Positions 18,542 to 29,300 of a stretch of DNA of 55,119 nucleotides are shown piece after piece. Made by a program: the position numbers and the translations under genes. Numbering within the stretch: position 1 is the first letter of the stretch; every line of letters starts with the position of its first letter. The notes beneath the pieces are model-generated. The model saw only the letters and a list, made by a program, of their open reading frames with translations. It did no database searches and had not been told where the DNA came from. Origin of the DNA: a virus (taxonomy: Duplodnaviria; Caudoviricetes); IMG/VR virus record IMGVR_UViG_3300045922_000467, positions 1 to 55,119 of that record, one strand, 5' to 3'.

Positions 18542-18754
18542 ATGCGCGATTTTTTCCTGCGGGTCCGACTCGGCTGGTACACGTTCAAGACCGGTCTGCG
18601 GCTGACTGCTGACGGATGGACCACGTCGCCCGAAGTGGGGAAAATCGCCATCCGGGGTATGCGGAACCCTGAGGCTCTGACGCTGTCCGAAATCCGCAGC
18701 TGCTGTGCCAGTCTGGTGGCGCAGCTACCCCGCAAGGATCGGCGCGATGCGTAG
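18542..18754 (+). CDS. Hypothetical protein, 70 aa, in the lysis cassette
   Basis: GGAGG RBS; overlaps the next start. Confidence 0.6.
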   Translation: MRDFFLRVRLGWYTFKTGLRLTADGWTTSPEVGKIAIRGMRNPEALTLSEIRSCCASLVAQLPRKDRRDA

Positions 18755-19190
18755 TGTGCTGAGGGCTATCAAGGCGATCAGCAGTGGCAGCTGGTTCAGC
18801 ACAATCCTTGTCGCAGTGGTTGTCGGCATGTTTTTCGTCGTCGCCACGCAGATTATGGAGGCCGGCGTGAAGAAAGGCCGGGCTCAGCGTCAGCCGGAGA
18901 TCAACGCACTTCAATCGGCGAATATGGCCTGTGAGGCGTCCTCTAGCGCGTACCGAACTTCGCTCGACGTCCAGAACGCTATGGCTCGGGAAATTGCTCG
19001 TGAGGGCAAGGCTTTGCGTGACGCGTCGGCAGCGGCGAGCAGAGCGACATTGTCTGCTTTGCGGGAGTCCGAGGATCTTCGGCGTCGTCTGCGCGCTTCG
19101 GCTGCGCAGCCAGCTGCGGACGATGTACCGGTAAACGTGTTGAACCGCGAGGCCTGGGAGGCGGTGCGATGTGCTCATGGAGGGTGTTGA
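18747..19190 (+). CDS. Rz-like inner-membrane spanin
   Basis: N-terminal TM followed by an Ala-rich coiled coil. Confidence 0.7.
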   Translation: MRSVLRAIKAISSGSWFSTILVAVVVGMFFVVATQIMEAGVKKGRAQRQPEINALQSANMACEASSSAYRTSLDVQNAMAREIAREGKALRDASAAASRATLSALRESEDLRRRLRASAAQPAADDVPVNVLNREAWEAVRCAHGGC

Positions 19191-19444
19191 TTTTGGCCTT
19201 GCTGGCGGGGTGCCAGACACCTCAGCCGCGGGTTATCGAGAAGGTTGTGACACAGCCTGTCGTGGTTGAGCGGCCGGTTCCCTGCATCAAGGATACCGAT
19301 ATTCCTTTGCTCCCAGCGCCGCTTGTCGACGCCCCGGCAACTGCGAATGCTGCGCTCAGCCTGGCGCTTGCCAAGCTTGATGAGTATGTGAAATACGGTG
19401 CGGGGTCTCAGTCGATCATGCGGAACTGCGCCAAGCTGCGCTGA
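19169..19444 (+). CDS. Rz1-like outer-membrane lipoprotein spanin
   Basis: Lipobox LLAG-C, Pro-rich, overlaps the Rz end. Confidence 0.75.
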   Translation: MCSWRVLILALLAGCQTPQPRVIEKVVTQPVVVERPVPCIKDTDIPLLPAPLVDAPATANAALSLALAKLDEYVKYGAGSQSIMRNCAKLR

Positions 19445-19453
19445 GGAGGTATT

Positions 19454-21874
19454 ATGTCCGGGGTGAAGATCACCCGGTTTCTGGGGATCTTTCCCAAACA
19501 GAGCCCGGAGCTTCTCCCGGACACCGCTGCGCAGATTGCCCGCAACTGCAAGCTTGATAGCGGGGATATCATTCCGTACCCGCAGGGGGTTGTTCGTGCG
19601 AACTCGGGAAATCCTAGTGATGTACGTACACTCTACGCTCTGCGGGATCCGGTAACCGGCGAGAACGTATGGCTGTCGTGGGGCTCTGAGGTAGATATCG
19701 CGGTTCTGACGGATGTCGGGACAACCGAACAGCGGTTCTATTACACTGGCGATGGCGCTCCGAAAGTCAGCAACTTCCGATTGGCGGCGACTCTCGCGGC
19801 TCCGCCGTACCCGGCGCAGTTCTATGATTTGGGGCTCCCGCTGCCTACAGACGACCTGGTTTTGGTGGCTACCGAGCAGCCGTTCTCAACCAAAACTTCG
19901 GCTACCATCGCTCGGGACAGCACCGGTCTAGCCACCATAACGACAACTGCGAACCACGAGCTTCGCACCGGTCAGCGTGTCACGATCACCGGATTCACCT
20001 TTCTGGAGGGCACCTACTCTCGCACGGGAACGACGGTCACCGTGACCATCATCGGTCACGGATTCGCCACTGGCGAGCAGGTCGGGCTCGATTTCATTTC
20101 CGGGGATGCGACTGACGGGTTCTACACAGCTACCGTGACTGGTCCGAACACGTTCACGGTTTCAGATCCCGCCTCCGGGAATACTTCGGGGTCTGTGCGT
20201 TTGACGATTGCATCATTCAACGCACCGAGCGTCGAGGTCATCGTGGTGAACCCTACGACGTTCACCTACAATAGCCCGGGTCCGATCGTCGGTGCGATCA
20301 GCAACAGCCAGGGGCGCATTGATCTGGGCGGCAACCCGCAGGCTCGGACATATGTGTTTACCTGGATCACTCCGTGGAGCGAGGAGTCCGTGGCGTCGAA
20401 GCCTTCGGCCAGTATCCTGGTGCGTGAAGGTACCCCCGTGCTGGTGACCGGGCTTCCGCAGCTCAAGCCGCCCGGCAACAATTTTGTCCGGGGAGTGCGC
20501 CTGTACCGGACACTGCCCTCGCTGTCAGGGACCGAATATTTCCGACTGCAAACATTCTGGTTCCCCACTAAGGTTCGGTCGGCGTCGCGTACCAGCGGGG
20601 TCGTCACGGCGGTTTTGGAGTTTCCTCACAACAAAGTGCCGGGGGAGCGCATCCGCATCGAGAGCTCCACCAACCCAGCACTTGATGGCGTTTTCATAGT
20701 TCTGGACACGCTCGACGATTTTCGGCTGACCTATGCTCAGGCAGGCAGCGACGGAGATCTCGGGGTCGGGTCAACCACCACGATGTACCACGATGTTGCT
20801 CAGACAAACGTCGACCCGGCTCGGTGGTGGGGGTATGCCGGCGACTATGATTTCCTGGATGACTTCGACTCGCTGGTACTGAATCGCGTCCTGGGCTCCG
20901 ATGAGTTTGATCCGCCTCCGGGCAACCTTACCGGGCTGATCGCTCTGCCGAACGCGGTGCTTGCCGGGTTTGAGGGAAACACGGTCTATTTCAGCGAGCC
21001 GGCCCAACCTCATGCGTGGCCCCGGGAGTACGCGCTGTCTCTGGAGTACCCGATCCGCGCGCTCGCCGCCATTGGGGGTGGTCTGTTCGTGGCTACCGAG
21101 AAGTATCCCTACTATATCAGCGGGACGGACCCGCGCGTCATGCAGGCCCAGCGTATCGATGCCAACTACCCGTGCCTCAGCCGTCGCAGCCTGGTTTTGA
21201 CCAACTCGGGGATTATCTATGCGACGCACGACGGTCTGGCAGTTTTCACTCCGGGCGGTACGCAGCTCATCACGCGGGTGATGTACACCGACGATACGTG
21301 GAAAGATCGGCTGGATCCGACGACTATCCGCGCGGTCTACTACGGTGAAGGGTATCTGGCATCTCACTCTTCTGGCGGGTTTCGCTTCGAACCCGACCCG
21401 CAGACCGGCGGGACTTTCGTGGATTTGGATCTGACCTTCTCTGCTGCAGTATACGAACCGCGGATCGGCAAAGCGTTCTACGCCAGCGGGACCAGCGGAG
21501 ATATTCTGGAGTGGGACGCCACTGACCAGCCACCCATGGAGTATGAGTGGAAGTCGAAGACGCTTGTCACGCAGGATATGTTGAATCTGGGTGCTGCCCG
21601 GGTGATTGCCGACTACGGAGTTTCGAGCCCCATCTGGGACGAGGTGGCGGACTTGTGGAATACAACGGCTGCCAACTGGGTTGCTTCCGGCGATCTGGTC
21701 TTCCGTATGTGGGTGAACAAGGATTTGATTTTCCAAAAGGTTGTGTCTGATAGCGGAGTGTTTCGTCTGCCGACAGGGTATCGATCCGACACGTTTGAGT
21801 TTGCCCTTTCGGGGGATGTGCGAGTGCGGGCGGTTCACCTGGCGGAAACGCCGATGGGTCTGAGAGGTGCTTGA
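19454..21874 (+). CDS. Tail nozzle or tubular protein B-like, 806 aa
   Basis: F.G..P..SPELLPD.AAQIA.N start; 'YFSEP..PHAWP', 'WKSK', 'FRLP.GY' motifs. Confidence 0.8.
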   Translation: MSGVKITRFLGIFPKQSPELLPDTAAQIARNCKLDSGDIIPYPQGVVRANSGNPSDVRTLYALRDPVTGENVWLSWGSEVDIAVLTDVGTTEQRFYYTGDGAPKVSNFRLAATLAAPPYPAQFYDLGLPLPTDDLVLVATEQPFSTKTSATIARDSTGLATITTTANHELRTGQRVTITGFTFLEGTYSRTGTTVTVTIIGHGFATGEQVGLDFISGDATDGFYTATVTGPNTFTVSDPASGNTSGSVRLTIASFNAPSVEVIVVNPTTFTYNSPGPIVGAISNSQGRIDLGGNPQARTYVFTWITPWSEESVASKPSASILVREGTPVLVTGLPQLKPPGNNFVRGVRLYRTLPSLSGTEYFRLQTFWFPTKVRSASRTSGVVTAVLEFPHNKVPGERIRIESSTNPALDGVFIVLDTLDDFRLTYAQAGSDGDLGVGSTTTMYHDVAQTNVDPARWWGYAGDYDFLDDFDSLVLNRVLGSDEFDPPPGNLTGLIALPNAVLAGFEGNTVYFSEPAQPHAWPREYALSLEYPIRALAAIGGGLFVATEKYPYYISGTDPRVMQAQRIDANYPCLSRRSLVLTNSGIIYATHDGLAVFTPGGTQLITRVMYTDDTWKDRLDPTTIRAVYYGEGYLASHSSGGFRFEPDPQTGGTFVDLDLTFSAAVYEPRIGKAFYASGTSGDILEWDATDQPPMEYEWKSKTLVTQDMLNLGAARVIADYGVSSPIWDEVADLWNTTAANWVASGDLVFRMWVNKDLIFQKVVSDSGVFRLPTGYRSDTFEFALSGDVRVRAVHLAETPMGLRGA

Positions 21875-22218
21875 TGTCGTTGTTTCGCCCTATCCCGGCG
21901 GTCTTCGGAGTTGGCCTGAGCCCTGCGATGGTCGCGATTCTGGAGCCGATAAAGCAGAATGTGGAGGTGCTCACGGGCCAGCGCGGCGCGCTCGGCGCTG
22001 ATTCAACGGCGCTGCTCAAGGGGGCGGTGACTGTCAACCCGCTCTCGCGGCCACCAGCATTTATCAATGCCACTGGCGCCGCCGTCTCTATCCAGGGTGT
22101 GCCTCTCGCATCCGGCGACGATTACGTGCGAGCAGTGCAGGACCTGCAGTTGCTAAGGAACGATATGCAGGCTATCGTGGATACGCTGAACGCCCTCATT
22201 GTCCAGCTACGAGGTTGA
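21874..22218 (+). CDS. Virion protein, 114 aa
   Basis: TGATG coupling; 'KQNVEVLTGQRG'; C-terminal coiled coil. Confidence 0.7.
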   Translation: MSLFRPIPAVFGVGLSPAMVAILEPIKQNVEVLTGQRGALGADSTALLKGAVTVNPLSRPPAFINATGAAVSIQGVPLASGDDYVRAVQDLQLLRNDMQAIVDTLNALIVQLRG

Positions 22219-22219
22219 T

Positions 22220-22861
22220 GTGCAGGACTTCAACATGGACCCCCGTTTGGCGCAGATCGTCGACATGCCGTCGGCGCCGGCGCCCATGGCTGCTGGTCTG
22301 GCGATGCCCACGTCTGGCGCTCCCGGCGGGATGCCGCAAGGCGCTCCACAGGGCGTTGGCTTGGCTGGCGGCGGAGGCGACTTGGATCCTGCTATGGTCG
22401 ATTCGCAGATCAACCAGTTTCTGGGCAGCCAGCCGCAGGCTGTGGCGCAGATTCAGCAGGTCATGCAGGAAGCCATGGCGTCTGGCGAGCTTACGCCGGA
22501 GGAGCTTAGCCTGATGGGGCAGCTCGCTACCATGGCGATGCAGAACCCGGAGATGTACCCACAGATCGTGCAGTACGCTGTTCAGCAGGGAATCGCACAA
22601 CCGGGAGATCTGCCCGAGCAGTACGATGCAGGAATGGCTATTGCGATTGTGATTGCGGTTCGCGCCCTGCAGCAGGGGCAGCAGAATATGCCGAGCATGG
22701 CGGCTGGTGGTCCAGTGCCGGACTCGACCAGCGGGTCGACGGTGATTGAAGCGCACAATGGCGAGTACATGATTCCCGAGAATGTCGTGCGTGCGAAGGG
22801 CACGGAGTTCTTTGACAAGCTGGTGGCGCAATATGCCAAACCCCCGGCAGCCACATATTGA
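22220..22861 (+). CDS. Virion or ejection-associated protein (Met/Gln/Pro-rich)
   Basis: GAGGT RBS before GTG 22220 (ATG 22235 is an alternative); C-terminal 'AAGGPV...GEYMIP..VV..KGTEFFDKL'. Confidence 0.7.
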   Translation: MQDFNMDPRLAQIVDMPSAPAPMAAGLAMPTSGAPGGMPQGAPQGVGLAGGGGDLDPAMVDSQINQFLGSQPQAVAQIQQVMQEAMASGELTPEELSLMGQLATMAMQNPEMYPQIVQYAVQQGIAQPGDLPEQYDAGMAIAIVIAVRALQQGQQNMPSMAAGGPVPDSTSGSTVIEAHNGEYMIPENVVRAKGTEFFDKLVAQYAKPPAATY

Positions 22862-23276
22862 ACTGCTTGAGGGTCCGGCTGCTCTTGCAAAGTGGGGCGT
22901 GTTTGGCCCCATATTGGAGGCGGCGTCAACCGCTCACCCGATTGTGGCGTCCGAAGTGGATGCGGATCATTTCTACCAGCAGGTCGCCACGGGGCAGTGT
23001 GCGGTTTTCGACTGCACGGTCGATGGCGAGACCACGCTGGTTCTGGTGATCCAGTTCGCCTACTGCGGGCGCAACAAGACGGCCGAGATCGCAGCCGTTG
23101 CCGGCAAGCACCTGATGTTCTTCAAGCACCTCTACTGGGAGCCCATTCTGGAATGGCTTAAGGCCAACGACGTGGTTTTTGTCGACGCCCACGTTCCGCT
23201 GGACCGGGTTGATCTGTACCGAAAACGCTTTGGATTTAAGCACGCCTGCGCGTATATTCGTCTACAGCTGAGGTGA
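22833..23276 (+). CDS. Hypothetical protein, possible GNAT-like fold
   Basis: Position before the ejection proteins; C-terminal 'LYRKRFGF'. Confidence 0.55.
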   Translation: MPNPRQPHIELLEGPAALAKWGVFGPILEAASTAHPIVASEVDADHFYQQVATGQCAVFDCTVDGETTLVLVIQFAYCGRNKTAEIAAVAGKHLMFFKHLYWEPILEWLKANDVVFVDAHVPLDRVDLYRKRFGFKHACAYIRLQLR

Positions 23277-23279
23277 TAT

Positions 23280-24338
23280 ATGTCGAGAGCCTTGAAAATC
23301 GGTCTGGGGGTGGTGGCGGCGATTGCTATCCCGTTCGCTGCACCGGCTATCGCCGCGAAGCTCGGTGCGGCGACCCTGCTGACCAAAGTTGGTCTTGGGG
23401 CTACGGCGGCGGGGATCGGCGGCGCGGCCCTTGTTGGCGCTGGCCTCGGCGCCGGCGTGGCAGCGCTTACAGGGCAGAACATCGGCCGTGGCGCGCTGAT
23501 GGGTGGTTTGACTTCCGGCGCTGGCGCACTGCTCAGGGGGCCCAGCGCAGTTGCCGGCGCGAAAGGCGGTTCCGCGGCGGGCGCAGCGGGCACCGCGGGA
23601 ACGGCGGCACCCATGAGTGCGATCCCCGCAAGTTCTCTGTCGGCAGCGCCGATGACTCCGATCCCGGCGGGTGCGCTCACTGGCGGCGCGTCTGCCGGGG
23701 GCTCGGCGGGCGGCATCGCCGGGGCAGTCGGCGGCGCGGCGGCGGGTGTCAAGACAGGCATTGCGGGGGCCTTGTCGAAGCCCGGCGTTGGTTTGGCTGC
23801 GGGGGCGCTGGCCGGCGCTGCACTGAGCGGCTCGGGACTGTCGGCGGCGCAGAGAGCGGCGATGCAAGCCGGCCAGGCGGATCTGGACCGTCTGAACTCC
23901 CAGAACCAAATGGTCTTTGACGCTCGGTTCCGCGGGGCAAACGAGCTTCTCCGTATGTCTGACTACGTCAACCCGGAGTATGAGGGACTTCAAGCTGCTC
24001 GTCGGGCGCAGCTCCAGGGGGCGGCGGCGCGGAGCGACGCGCTGCGCGGCAGGACGGGGTATCGCCGGGACGCGGAAAGTAGGCGCCTCGATCTGGACAC
24101 CGCGAGGAACGTCGGAACGGCGTTCGATAGTGGGTTCACTGGCGGGTTCAACCGCAACGTGGCGGCGCGCACTGCTGGGCTCAGCGCGCTCCCGGATCCG
24201 CCTGCGGGTCTGTTCAACGAACGGAACCAGCTGTTGGCCATCGACGAACTCCGGCGCCGGCGGAGGGATACTGATCGGGAAAACTTCGGGGCACTCTGGG
24301 GTCATCTGGTCAACCCGTCGGTTCTCAGGGGTAGCTGA
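23280..24338 (+). CDS. Internal virion (DNA ejection, pilot-like) protein
   Basis: Gly/Ala-rich hydrophobic N-terminus and charged helical C-terminus. Confidence 0.7.
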   Translation: MSRALKIGLGVVAAIAIPFAAPAIAAKLGAATLLTKVGLGATAAGIGGAALVGAGLGAGVAALTGQNIGRGALMGGLTSGAGALLRGPSAVAGAKGGSAAGAAGTAGTAAPMSAIPASSLSAAPMTPIPAGALTGGASAGGSAGGIAGAVGGAAAGVKTGIAGALSKPGVGLAAGALAGAALSGSGLSAAQRAAMQAGQADLDRLNSQNQMVFDARFRGANELLRMSDYVNPEYEGLQAARRAQLQGAAARSDALRGRTGYRRDAESRRLDLDTARNVGTAFDSGFTGGFNRNVAARTAGLSALPDPPAGLFNERNQLLAIDELRRRRRDTDRENFGALWGHLVNPSVLRGS

Positions 24339-24340
24339 GT

Positions 24341-26374
24341 ATGTCGGTCGGCGACCTGCTGGGTGGGGCGGGGTTGATCCTTTCGTCCAAGCGGCGGGCG
24401 GAAGACGACCTGCGTTTTTCGCGGGAGATGCAGCTTCGTATTGAAGCTCTCAATCGGCTGGATGAGAAGCGCCGACTGCAGAACGCTCGTGTTGCGCAAG
24501 ACATCGAGAGCATGAGCCCGCCCTCATTCTCCATGCCCGACGCGCTGGATGTCGGCATTGCGGTTCCCCGGCGGATCGAGCAGGCACCGGTTGTCGAAGA
24601 TCTTACGTCTCTGCCTGCGGCGCCTCTTCCCGATTTCAGCCCCCGAGATCTGCCGGCGTCAGCAGCTCGCCCCAAGGCCGGGGTCAATTCGACTCCGGCA
24701 TCTCGCGGGCGTCCGAGAGTTTCTGGCGCCGAGAGGTCGGTGGGGTTCCATAACTTCCAAAACAAGATGCAACGGTTGTTTGGATCCGACGAACAGCCGG
24801 CAGCACCAGCGGCAGCGGCGGCCGTTCGTCGGGCAGGACCGCAGTACGGGCCGAAGCGGCAGGGAGCCGGGGGGTCGGTGGGGATCCACAACTTCCGAAA
24901 CAAGATGCAGCGGTTGTTTGGATCCGACGAACAGCCGGCGGCACCGGCGGCACCGGCGGCACCAGCGGCACCAGCGGCACCAGCGGCACCAGCGGCAGCA
25001 GCGGCAGCGCCGGCTGTTCCTTGGACAGGATCGCAGATCGCCGCGGCTGCTGGCAACGCAGGACCTTCGGCATTTTACAACCAGATGGTGAGCGGGGCGG
25101 AGTCGGGCGGTAATCCGAACGCCAAGAACCCCGAGACCAGTGCGTACGGAAAGTTTCAGTTTGTCGAAGACACGTGGATCCGTACGTTCAAGCTGGCTTT
25201 CCCGAAAAGCAATTTGTCCAATAGCCAGATACTTGCTCTCCGTTCGAACCCGGAGGTGCAGCAGATCCTGCAGGACACCCTGACGGCGTCGAATGGCCAG
25301 GTGCTCGATAGGGCGGGCATGCCGGTGAATGACGTGACGTTGCGGCTCATGCACCTTCTCGGCGCCAAAAACGCTCTCAAGACTCTCAGGGCTTCGGCAG
25401 ACACTCCGATGGAGAAGATCGTTTCGGCGGATGTCTTGGAGAAAAACGCGTCCCTGCTCAAGGGGCGGACTGTCGGCGATCTCGTCGAATGGGCCGCGCA
25501 GCAGATGGGTGCCAAGGAGGGTGGACCTGCGCCGCCGGGGACGCCGCAGATGTCAGCCCGCCGTATTGCAGCCTCTACGCCCGAGCCGGCGCCGATGCGC
25601 CAGGTTTCGGATTTCTATCGCGGCAACCCGGAGGCGATCGGCAACGACATGCGGGTGCTGATGACCACCCGCGCCGAGCTGGTTCGCAAGGCGCAAATTG
25701 CTTTGGCGGCCGGGATCGGGGAGGAGGCCGAGGCTTACCGCGATCAGGTGGTCGCTCTGGATCAGAACATCCTGCAGGTTCAGGCTTCGCAGGCGATGAT
25801 GGATTTGTCGTACAGCGCCGACCCGCGTCGGATGGCGGCCGTCTGGTCGTACCAGACCGGGCAGGACATCAATATCCGGCCGTACACTGACGGTACGTTC
25901 GACGTCCTGTCGGGTGGCGGGGTTGTTCACTCACGCGTCAGCATGGACGAGCTTACCGATATGTTCATGTCGGCAACGGACAGCGGCTTCCGCCAGCGCA
26001 AGATTGACTTCCAGTTCAAAGCTGCCGAGGAGCAGTTGAAGATGAACGCGGCGACCCAGCAGGAGGCGCTCAAGCAGGCTGGCCAGATGCGCCTCGACAG
26101 CAACAACAACCTGGCGAAGCTCAACCAGACTATCGCTGAGCAGATGCTGCGTGGGCGGAACGATATAGCGCTCGAAACGGCCCGGCAGAACGGGCTCAAG
26201 ACGCAGCTGGTCAACCGCGCGGACGGCAGCAGCTCAGTGGTGATTTACACCCCCAACGGTGATGTTATGCAGGTGCTCGACCTGAACGCACCGGGGATGG
26301 AGATCGACGGGGTGAAGATGCCGGCCGGTATCCGCGTCTCGAACGTCCCCGGCCTTATGCGCCAGATTCGGTAG
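24341..26374 (+). CDS. Internal virion protein with lytic transglycosylase domain
   Basis: 'AESGGNPNAKNPETSAYGKFQFVEDTW' SLT motif; 'LMHLLGA'. Confidence 0.85.
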   Translation: MSVGDLLGGAGLILSSKRRAEDDLRFSREMQLRIEALNRLDEKRRLQNARVAQDIESMSPPSFSMPDALDVGIAVPRRIEQAPVVEDLTSLPAAPLPDFSPRDLPASAARPKAGVNSTPASRGRPRVSGAERSVGFHNFQNKMQRLFGSDEQPAAPAAAAAVRRAGPQYGPKRQGAGGSVGIHNFRNKMQRLFGSDEQPAAPAAPAAPAAPAAPAAPAAAAAAPAVPWTGSQIAAAAGNAGPSAFYNQMVSGAESGGNPNAKNPETSAYGKFQFVEDTWIRTFKLAFPKSNLSNSQILALRSNPEVQQILQDTLTASNGQVLDRAGMPVNDVTLRLMHLLGAKNALKTLRASADTPMEKIVSADVLEKNASLLKGRTVGDLVEWAAQQMGAKEGGPAPPGTPQMSARRIAASTPEPAPMRQVSDFYRGNPEAIGNDMRVLMTTRAELVRKAQIALAAGIGEEAEAYRDQVVALDQNILQVQASQAMMDLSYSADPRRMAAVWSYQTGQDINIRPYTDGTFDVLSGGGVVHSRVSMDELTDMFMSATDSGFRQRKIDFQFKAAEEQLKMNAATQQEALKQAGQMRLDSNNNLAKLNQTIAEQMLRGRNDIALETARQNGLKTQLVNRADGSSSVVIYTPNGDVMQVLDLNAPGMEIDGVKMPAGIRVSNVPGLMRQIR

Positions 26375-26382
26375 GGGGTCTT

Positions 26383-29300
26383 GTGGCTGACCAGCTGACC
26401 ATTGCCAACCCCTTTCTGGCGATGCCGGGTATGTCCTCCGGTACCCCTGGTGTCGATCAGATATTTGGTCTGATGGACCAGCAGGCGGCGGTCAGTCAGC
26501 GGCAGCAGGCCGGGCTCCTCGTGGGTATCGCCAACGCACCGAGTCCGGCTGCGCCGCGCTGGGAGGCTGCCCCGGCACCGGCGTATTTCAACCCGGCCAC
26601 AAACCAACTGCGCCTTGGCGGGCGGGATATCGACGCAGACGATGCCCAGGCGACACTGGAGCTCGCCAACCAGCCCAACACGGAGCCTGTCGACGAGGGG
26701 TGGCAGGCGCTGTCCAGCCAGGACCTGGGGGTTCTCGTCGACTCGATTCGCAATCCTTCAACCGGGCGGCTGGTTCGCAAGAACTTCCGACTGGGGGCTG
26801 CTGGGCTCAAAGAGCTGTACGGCGCGGGGCTCGCCTACGTGGGGGCCGGGGAAGCCGGGCGTTCGATAATGGACAGCGCCAGGGAATCCCAGCGCCGACT
26901 GTCGCCATTCAACCGCAACCTCACCGACATCGGCTCATCGCCGGAGAAACGTCTCACCGATTGGTTCGTGGCCACTCTCGCCCAAGCCGGGCCCAGTATT
27001 TTGGAGAGCGTGGCGGCCGGTTTTGTCGGCGCTGGTGCGGGTCTTGCCGTTGGCGGCCCGGCGGCTTCAATCGGCGGTGCTATCGCCGGGGTATTCGGCA
27101 GGCCGGCGTTCAAAGCAGCGGTCATCAAGGCGGCTCGCAAGGAACTTGCTGGCGAAACACTGGACCAGGCCGAGAGACAGCTGCTCAAGAATGTAGCGGC
27201 GGTCAGCGCCGCAACGCTCAACACTGGCCGGGGTGCTGTGCCGCTGGCCACGATTAACCGCCAGGCGATGCTGCAGGGCATCAGTCGCACAGGACGCGAC
27301 CAGGCGCTGCTCGGCGGGGCTTTGGTTGGCAGCAGCCTGAACAGCTATCGCACCGGGGTTTCGGACGTCTACGCTAACCAGATCGAGCAGGGCACCGAGG
27401 ATCGCCTCATTGCTGGGGCATACGGCGTTCCCTATGCTGCCCTTGAGCTTCTCCCGGAAGGGGCTGCCGCGCTCAAGCTGCTGGGATATATAGGTCGGGG
27501 TTCTCAACAGGCCGGCAGGGCTGGCCTGCGCACCTATGCAGGTCGTGCTGCGAAAGGGGCCGCTATCGGGGCGGGTCTGGAGGGTGTCACCGAAGCTGGT
27601 CAGGAAGCCCTGGTTATGGGTGGAGCCGGGGAGGATATCCTCAGCGACGAAGGCGTTCTACGTCTCATCAACTCATTCGCCGCGGGTGCCGCGGTTGGCG
27701 CCCCGCTCGGCGCTGCTGCCAATCTTCGCGGGTACAACGAAGTTGATGCCCTTACAATGCGTAATTTGGGGTATGAGCCGTCACCGCCACCCGACTTGGA
27801 TATTTCCGTCGATTTGGCGGGCACACCATTTAATGACCCCAACTACCAAGTGCCCGCGCCGTCTGCACCCCCGGTGGTTCCTGGGGTGCCTCTGCAGCCG
27901 GTTTCGCCGACTCTTTTTGAGCGGGCCCAACAGATGGCTGCGGCGCCGACGCCCCCTGATTTTGGTGTCTTGTCGGCTGGCTATCGAGCAGCAGCACAGC
28001 CGGCAGTAGATTCTGCTGCACCCGCACCCGCAGCTGTGGCGCCCGCTGCTGCACCCGCACCCGCACCCGCACCCGCAACTGTGGCGCCCGCAGCTGTGGC
28101 GCCCGCTGCTGCACCTGCGAAGGCGCCTGCTAAGGGTAACAAGCTCAAGCGTGGCGCTGCGGCAGCTGCCACGCCGGCCGAACCTCCTGCTCAGCAGCCT
28201 GCGCCCGCACCCGCACCCGCACCCGCACCCGCACCCGCGCCCGCACCCGCACCCGCACCCGCAACTGTGGCGCCCGCAGCGGCGCCACCGCTTGCATCCG
28301 ACATTATGTCGGGCATCCTTGACCTGGACGGCGCAGCAGAAAGGGCCCCCAATATCTGGCAAATGATGCGCCGCCAGCTGGGTGAGGGTAAGGTGCCCGA
28401 GTGGAACACCCTGACCGAAGAGGAGCAGGACGATTTTACCGTAACGATTGCGGAGACCGAGCTCGATTCTAACGTGGCACCTATCGAGCAAGGTCGGGTG
28501 TATCGCGCCAAGGTTCAAGAGATTGTCAATGCTCGCCGGTCGGCGCCGAAGCCCGCAGCGACGCCCGCAGCGACGCCCGCAGCGACGCCCGCAGGCAAAG
28601 CTAAAGTGCAGGAAGCAGGTAAGGCGGCTGCGCCGAAGGCGGCTGCGCCGAAGCCCGCAGCGACGCCCGCAGGCAAAGCTAAAGTGCAGGAAGCAGGTAA
28701 GGCGGCTGCGCCGAAGCCCGCAGCGACGCCCGCAGCGACGCCCGCAGCGACGCCCGCAGCGACGCCCGCAGGCAAAGCCAAAGTGCAGGAAGCAGGTAAG
28801 GCGGCTGCGCCGAAGCCGGCAGCGACGCCCGCAAAGTCTCCAGAGGAAATAGAGGACACGTTGCGTAAGTCGGTTCGGCTCGAGGATAATGTGTCGGCAG
28901 AGGAGCGCGAGTATCAGCAACTAGCGGCGGATGCACTGATTAATGCTATTCTGAACAAGCAACCTATGCCGGAGAGGATGGCCGAAATTGACGCCGATCC
29001 GGAAAAGCAGCTAAACGCGCTGAGCGGGATTTACGGGCCTGACGTTGTCGGGATTTATCTCGGCATTCTACCAATAGATGTCGTAAATCCTCAGTGGGTA
29101 GCAACGCGGGGTTTTGTCGATCTGGAGGTTACCACAAACGGCGGCCTCCAAGTGCGCAAATGGGTGCGCAACGAAGCCGGCCGTCGCCGGTACATGGAGT
29201 TGCAGAAGCAACTCGGTAAGGAGGCGCCGGTCGAACCGGACCCCCCAAAAAACCCCGCGCCGGCGGCGGCGCCAAAGGCCGCTCCCTCAAAGCCGGTTGA

